Program-made: the position numbers and the translations under genes
Source of the DNA: an uncultured Alphaproteobacteria bacterium
GTDB lineage: Bacteria; Pseudomonadota; Alphaproteobacteria; RF32; CAG-239
Direction of reading: 5' to 3'
NCBI GenBank assembly: GCA_934270475.1
Contig: CAKQPS010000003.1
Location: 30,261-94,260, forward strand
DNA length: 64,000 bases
In this document: positions 59,201-64,000 of the stretch, piece by piece
Position numbering within the stretch: position 1 is the stretch's first letter
Layout of the letters: every line of letters begins with the position of its first letter
The notes under the pieces: generated by a model
Database searches by the model: none
The model's input: only the letters and a program-made list of their open reading frames with translations
What the model was told of the DNA's origin: nothing

Positions 59201-61222
59201 ATGCATATATCGAATGTAGAAATTCATAATTTTAGAAATTTCAATGATGTAAGAATAAAATTAAAAGATGGAGTAAATGTAATATTGGGTCCCAATAATG
59301 CAGGAAAAACAAATTTATTAAAAGTTATTAATCTGCTATCTAATAGAGAAAATTTGAAAGTTTCAGATTTTAATTATAATAATCTTTTTGATAACGCTAA
59401 AAGCTTTTTAAGTGAAGCACCTAGAATTGAAATAACTTATACTATAGAACATATATTTAATTATGATAAGGTTGATAATGCTATAATAAAATTAAAAAAC
59501 TTTATTGTTTACAATGATGATGGCAATCTCCAGCCACAATCTGATGGAAACTATAAAATTACAGGAAAATTCAAGTTATCTTATGGACTTAATGAAAAAT
59601 TTCTTCAGGAATATAAAAACGATATTCAAAATCTACAAAATTTAGCAAATGAAGAATATTTTAATAACTTTATAGAAATTTTAGAAAAGTATATAGAGTA
59701 CTATACCTGGACATGTTATAATACAAATGATGATATAGTAAATAATTTTTCAGAAATTAGCAATATATTTAGCATAGATTTTATTCCTGCGGACCGAAAA
59801 ACGGACACATTACTTCCGGAAACGAGAAAATTTGTAAAGCAACGGATTAAAGAGGATGAACTATCTCAAGGGAATATAAAAACAGACGTGTCAAAACTTC
59901 TTAATAAGAGACTACAACACATTAAAATGGATATTCAAGAGGAATTCAAAGAAGACCAAGAACATATAGGCATAACCAATGGACACAACATATTAGAAAC
60001 AGACTTTAAATATGATGGTGATGCAGCGGATTGTTTCCAGTTTATATTAAAAGATGAGGATAAACAATATAATCTTCCTTTAGAGAATAATGGATTAGGA
60101 TACAATAATTTAATACAGATTTACAATATTATCAAATTTAATATTCATGACGATTACAATATTATATTGATGGAAGAACCGGAGTCCCATTTGCATCCTG
60201 CTATGCAATATAAGCTATTCAAATATTTACAAAGTTTGGAAGAATCTAAAAAGGGTAAAATAAAAAATCAAATAGTGATTACAACTCACTCGCCTAATAT
60301 ATCTGCATCTTCAAATATAGATGATATTATTAGTGTGCATTACTTTCGAGATTCTGCATATGGAGTTTTAATCGAAAATATCAAAGAAAATTTTATTTCA
60401 GATGATGCTAGTAAAAATCAAAAATTGAAACAATCTAAAGAGCATTTAATGAAGTTTTTAGATGTGACAAGAAGTGACATGCTTTTTACAGAAAAAACAA
60501 TATTAGTAGAAGGTTTAGCTGAAAAAATGTTAATGCCCTTATTCTCAATTCATGAGGAAATGGATTTGATTGATAATCATATTTCTCTTGTGGAAGTTGG
60601 AGGGATTAATTTTAAACATTTCTTGCCGCTATTTAACAATGGGAAAAATAAGGTGCTTTGTATTCGGGATTGTGATTTTTCTTATAAAGATAATAATGAT
60701 AATTTAAATATAAATAAGAAGGAATACGAAGAATATATATCAAAATTGAATATAATTGATAAAGATTATAAAGATAACGTTAATATTTATGGAATTACGC
60801 AAATGAACGGAGGTTCTACTTTTGAAGATGAATTGTATTTAGAGAATATTTGTGAGGATGATAAAGATGAAAGTAAAGATAGTAACTGTAAAAATTTATT
60901 AAAATTAGTTTTACCTGAAAGTATCATAAAGTCTAGATTAATTAAAAGGCTTGATTTTTTATTTTGGTTTGAACACAAAGAAGAAATACCAAACAAGAAA
61001 ATCAGAAATAAAATTATAAATAAACTAGAGATATACAAAAAAATTTACGATAGCTCAAATGATGATAAAAAATATATTGAAGATTTATTTTTTGCAAAAT
61101 TATTTCTGAGTTATGCGTTCAATCAAAAGGGAAATTTAGCTCTTTCAATTTTAGTATCTCCTTTTGCTGATACCTTGAAAACTCCAAAATATATAAAGGA
61201 AGGACTAAAATGGATAAAATAA
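59201..61222 (+). CDS. OLD-family ATP-dependent endonuclease (ABC-type ATPase + TOPRIM), GajA-like
   Basis: Walker A GPNNAGKTN (59288-59311), Walker B/D-loop IILMEEPESHLHP (~60161-60199) and ITTHSP. TOPRIM Glu is in ILVEGLAEK (~60497-60530). Also LVEVGGINF and the DxD-type CIRDCD (~60653-60679). Confidence 0.85.
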   Translation: MHISNVEIHNFRNFNDVRIKLKDGVNVILGPNNAGKTNLLKVINLLSNRENLKVSDFNYNNLFDNAKSFLSEAPRIEITYTIEHIFNYDKVDNAIIKLKNFIVYNDDGNLQPQSDGNYKITGKFKLSYGLNEKFLQEYKNDIQNLQNLANEEYFNNFIEILEKYIEYYTWTCYNTNDDIVNNFSEISNIFSIDFIPADRKTDTLLPETRKFVKQRIKEDELSQGNIKTDVSKLLNKRLQHIKMDIQEEFKEDQEHIGITNGHNILETDFKYDGDAADCFQFILKDEDKQYNLPLENNGLGYNNLIQIYNIIKFNIHDDYNIILMEEPESHLHPAMQYKLFKYLQSLEESKKGKIKNQIVITTHSPNISASSNIDDIISVHYFRDSAYGVLIENIKENFISDDASKNQKLKQSKEHLMKFLDVTRSDMLFTEKTILVEGLAEKMLMPLFSIHEEMDLIDNHISLVEVGGINFKHFLPLFNNGKNKVLCIRDCDFSYKDNNDNLNINKKEYEEYISKLNIIDKDYKDNVNIYGITQMNGGSTFEDELYLENICEDDKDESKDSNCKNLLKLVLPESIIKSRLIKRLDFLFWFEHKEEIPNKKIRNKIINKLEIYKKIYDSSNDDKKYIEDLFFAKLFLSYAFNQKGNLALSILVSPFADTLKTPKYIKEGLKWIK

Positions 61223-63138
61223 CATCTCAAGATGATTTGAAAATTTACAATGATGATAATAATTTTCGAATTTTTGCTGGTCCAGGTGCCGGAAAAACAC
61301 ATTTAGTTATTGAAAATATCAAATTAATTATAAAAAACAGTAAAAAATTAAAATTCAACAATCAACGAAAAATCCTGTGCATCACATATACGAATGCGGC
61401 TGTTGATGAAATTATCAGAAGATTAGGTCCTTTTTCAAAATTTGTTGTGGTATCAACTATCCACTCTTTTATAAATGACTATATTATATCTCCTTTTCAA
61501 AAACAATTGAAACTACAAATTCAAAAAGAATTTAACATTAACATTCCTAAGAAAGCTACATTATCTTCTGTTCAGGAAGGTTTTACTGTATTAAGCGGAC
61601 ATAAAAAAGAAGATATCTATAAATGGATTAAGACGAAATATCCGGAAATTAATGAGAAAATGTATTCTGATATATCGAGAATGAAAATGGCTGATATTTC
61701 TGTTGATATAAGCGACATCAACAAATATCCTTTTAATGAAAATGCAAAGGTGTGTATTAAACAAATAAATAGTAATCAAAATATTTCTAATATTATTAAA
61801 GAATATATTTGGTGTGTTGCTAAGAAATTATCATTTGACGAAATTTTGTATTTTGGGTTTTCTTTATTAAAAAATTATCCTATTGTATCTTACATATTAA
61901 GAGCAGAATTTCCATATATATTACTTGATGAGTATCAAGACACAAATCCAATTCAAAATAAAATTATTAGCATGATATCTGAAAAAGAATGCTCAATTAT
62001 GGTTGTCGGAGATATTGCTCAATCAATTTATTCTTTCCAAGGTGCAAAATATCAAGAATTTCAAAATTTTCAAATAGCATCTCCTCTGAATACAATAACT
62101 AAAGCAATAGAAGATAATCGTAGGTGTAATATAAACATAATTAATTTATTAAATTTTTTAAGACAGACAGATACAGCTTTCCAACAAAAGTGCATACAAA
62201 ACAAAAATACTGATAAAGTCACTTTTATTATTCAAAAAAATAACACTATAAGTAAATCTATATATGAAATTATTCCGAATAATACGCAAATATTATGTCG
62301 TAAATGGACTGAGGCGTTTAATTATATTTCTAATGTTTCTGATGAACAAAAGAAATTAATAAATTCAATTTATAACGCTTATACATATTCTATTAAAAAA
62401 GATTTATCAAAAGAAATAGAATTAAGGAAGGATTTATGGATAAACTCCACCCTAGATATAGCTTCTTTGCAAGAAGCTTATGAAAAGAAAAATCTTCCAA
62501 AGGCATTGAATATATTCGAAAAATATCTTGATATCAAAGATTTATTTAAAAATTTTGATGCAAATAAGATGGCAGACTTAAGCGATATCATAAATTTATG
62601 GAGAGATATTTTTTCTAGTAATATTGAAAATTGTCTTTTAAAAAATTTAATCAAGGATATAAATGTTCGTCTTGATCAATTACAGAATATAAATATATTA
62701 AAGAAATTTGAATATCCGCAATCCACTAATGATGAAAGTTATTTTGATGAAATTTATAAACATGTTGACAGCATAACGTATCCTTGTGCAAAAAAAATTG
62801 TATTAGATTTGTTTTCTCCATCATCAAAGCATATGACGATACATAAAGCAAAGGGAAAAGAATTTGATAATGTTTTAGTTAACTTGGAACCTTTTTCTCG
62901 AGGCGAAGAAAAAACTATAGTTCCAGCAAATGTTTTTATTTGCCCTCAAATTATTGGAGATAATTGTTATAATGAATATACTAGAATAGCATATGTTGGT
63001 TGTAGTAGAGCTAGAAATAAACTCTATATTCATTTAAAGGGAAATGAACAAACTGAAGAAGCAATTAGAAAATCTTTAAATGATTATTATAGTGATAATC
63101 CAGAGAAACAAAATTTCTTTGATTTCATTTATTGTTAA
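61210..63138 (+). CDS. UvrD/Rep/PcrA-like SF1 helicase, GajB-like
   Basis: Motif I AGPGAGKTH (61276-61299), Ia CITYTNAAVDEI, II LLDEYQDTN (~61921-61950) and III VVGDIAQSIYSFQGA. C-terminal TIHKAKGKEFDNV and YVGCSRARNKL. Overlaps the OLD gene by 13 nt. Confidence 0.85.
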   Translation: MDKITSQDDLKIYNDDNNFRIFAGPGAGKTHLVIENIKLIIKNSKKLKFNNQRKILCITYTNAAVDEIIRRLGPFSKFVVVSTIHSFINDYIISPFQKQLKLQIQKEFNINIPKKATLSSVQEGFTVLSGHKKEDIYKWIKTKYPEINEKMYSDISRMKMADISVDISDINKYPFNENAKVCIKQINSNQNISNIIKEYIWCVAKKLSFDEILYFGFSLLKNYPIVSYILRAEFPYILLDEYQDTNPIQNKIISMISEKECSIMVVGDIAQSIYSFQGAKYQEFQNFQIASPLNTITKAIEDNRRCNINIINLLNFLRQTDTAFQQKCIQNKNTDKVTFIIQKNNTISKSIYEIIPNNTQILCRKWTEAFNYISNVSDEQKKLINSIYNAYTYSIKKDLSKEIELRKDLWINSTLDIASLQEAYEKKNLPKALNIFEKYLDIKDLFKNFDANKMADLSDIINLWRDIFSSNIENCLLKNLIKDINVRLDQLQNINILKKFEYPQSTNDESYFDEIYKHVDSITYPCAKKIVLDLFSPSSKHMTIHKAKGKEFDNVLVNLEPFSRGEEKTIVPANVFICPQIIGDNCYNEYTRIAYVGCSRARNKLYIHLKGNEQTEEAIRKSLNDYYSDNPEKQNFFDFIYC

Positions 63139-63335
63139 TTTTTTAGGATAATTTCAATCAATTATGTCGTTTTTATGTAAAGCATTCTAAATCTTTGGTT
63201 CGTACATTTTTTGCAGAAGTTATTGTAAATTTTGAAACAACTAAAGGATTTTCTAAGGTTTTTGTTGTTTTTTTTTACATCGCGTTGATTTTTTAGATTA
63301 TTTATCTCAAATTTGATCATTTATGGAAATTTATC

Positions 63336-63845
63336 TCACAGCTCCTTGCTTAAAATATCCTGGCTTTCGGTGAGCATTTTGCGGATATACTCGTCCAAAA
63401 TTGCGGAGGTTTGGTGTTCGTCGGTTCCGAGTTCGGCGGCGATTAAAGCACCGTAGCGCACTGGGAAGCTCATAAACAAATCTCTCAACGCCCGACCGAG
63501 GTTAAAGGCATAATTGCCGGCACGTTTACGGTCAACCATTTCACCGGTCAACATTCGCAACTTGGCCTTAGCCAACATCGCCCGGTAATAAATATCTGCC
63601 GTCTTGGCCTGCTGAAATGTGCCCATATTGCTCATTCGAACGCCACCTTGCGCCTCAAACAGCGGGTCCGGTTTGCGTTGTTGTGTCGGATCGGTATTCA
63701 TAAACCACTCCCGGTTTGCTTCGTCCACATCAATTTTATCATCTCTCGTCTTATGAATACGCCCGGACTTTATCGCCGTCTGCACCGCATTCAGGTTCAC
63801 CCCGCGAATACGCGCATATTCTCGCATTGATACTAATCTTCCCAT
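63336..63845 (-). CDS. Phage-related HTH protein, terminase small subunit-like
   Basis: N-terminal HTH-like SMREYARIRGVNLNAVQTAIKSGRI is followed by a helical oligomerisation-like region. Start chosen at the internal ATG (63845); the ORF track GTG at 63902 is less likely. Family assignment is tentative. Confidence 0.4.
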   Translation of the reverse strand: MGRLVSMREYARIRGVNLNAVQTAIKSGRIHKTRDDKIDVDEANREWFMNTDPTQQRKPDPLFEAQGGVRMSNMGTFQQAKTADIYYRAMLAKAKLRMLTGEMVDRKRAGNYAFNLGRALRDLFMSFPVRYGALIAAELGTDEHQTSAILDEYIRKMLTESQDILSKEL

Positions 63846-64000
63846 AAATTTCCATTTCAAAACCCTAGGTGACCAGCCGGATTTATAAAATGACCAGCCC
63901 ACATTTTAAGAAGTTATTATAATTATTTGATATTGCATTGTTTTTCAAAGCGCCAGACCAGCCGGAATTTTTCTGTTCAGCTAGCGAAACGGTGCGGCTT

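Noticed and set aside
45472-64000. Search for integrase, transposase, att direct repeats or tRNA targets to define the island as a mobile element.
   Set aside because: None was found in the window on either strand, so no mobile_element feature is called. Mobility remains an inference from gene content and composition.

Overview
The window splits into a chromosomal backbone and an accessory region. There is no rRNA, canonical tRNA, CRISPR array, integrase or transposase.

**Backbone (1-36.1 kb).** This is a Gram-negative housekeeping backbone. An RNase E with a large S1-domain insertion and an RF2 gene with the programmed frameshift suggest a low-GC Alphaproteobacteria-like lineage, but that is inference only. 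Genes, in order:
- a partial beta-class DNA methyltransferase, ftsH, a degenerate DEAD-box-like half-helicase, yebC-family, ruvC
- a prepilin-like protein, an M48/TPR protease, rne, an AMIN-amidase, PBP1A, prfB with its +1 frameshift
- a YhdP/AsmA-like giant protein, nagB, slyX, a 719-aa MORN-variant repeat protein, two TPR membrane proteins
- a Lon-related protease, clpP-clpX, fadL, aas, ssb, mnmA

**Surface-glycan operon (36.1-44.5 kb, minus strand).** Ten tightly packed genes: gmd, an SDR, cupins, a cytidylyltransferase, three GT2 and one GT8. No flippase or polymerase is present in the window.

**Accessory mosaic (45.1 kb to the window end), mostly AT-rich by eye.**
- Two tandem 173-bp units, each a GC-rich multi-hairpin segment plus an intrinsic terminator.
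- A 4 x 33-bp TGTGTAT array in front of an AAA/DUF4143-type ATPase.
- Two coupled small ORFs, an orphan PD-(D/E)xK-like protein and a LMW phosphatase.
- An HTH-Panacea(DUF4065)/RelE-like toxin-antitoxin pair.
- The main point of interest is a translationally coupled ~12-kb, seven-gene defence operon: hsdM, an unknown 303-aa protein with an Rx4H motif, hsdS, a PIN-like 360-aa protein, hsdR, an OLD-family ATPase-TOPRIM nuclease and a UvrD-like helicase (Gabija-like pair).
- A phage terminase-small-subunit-like gene closes the window.
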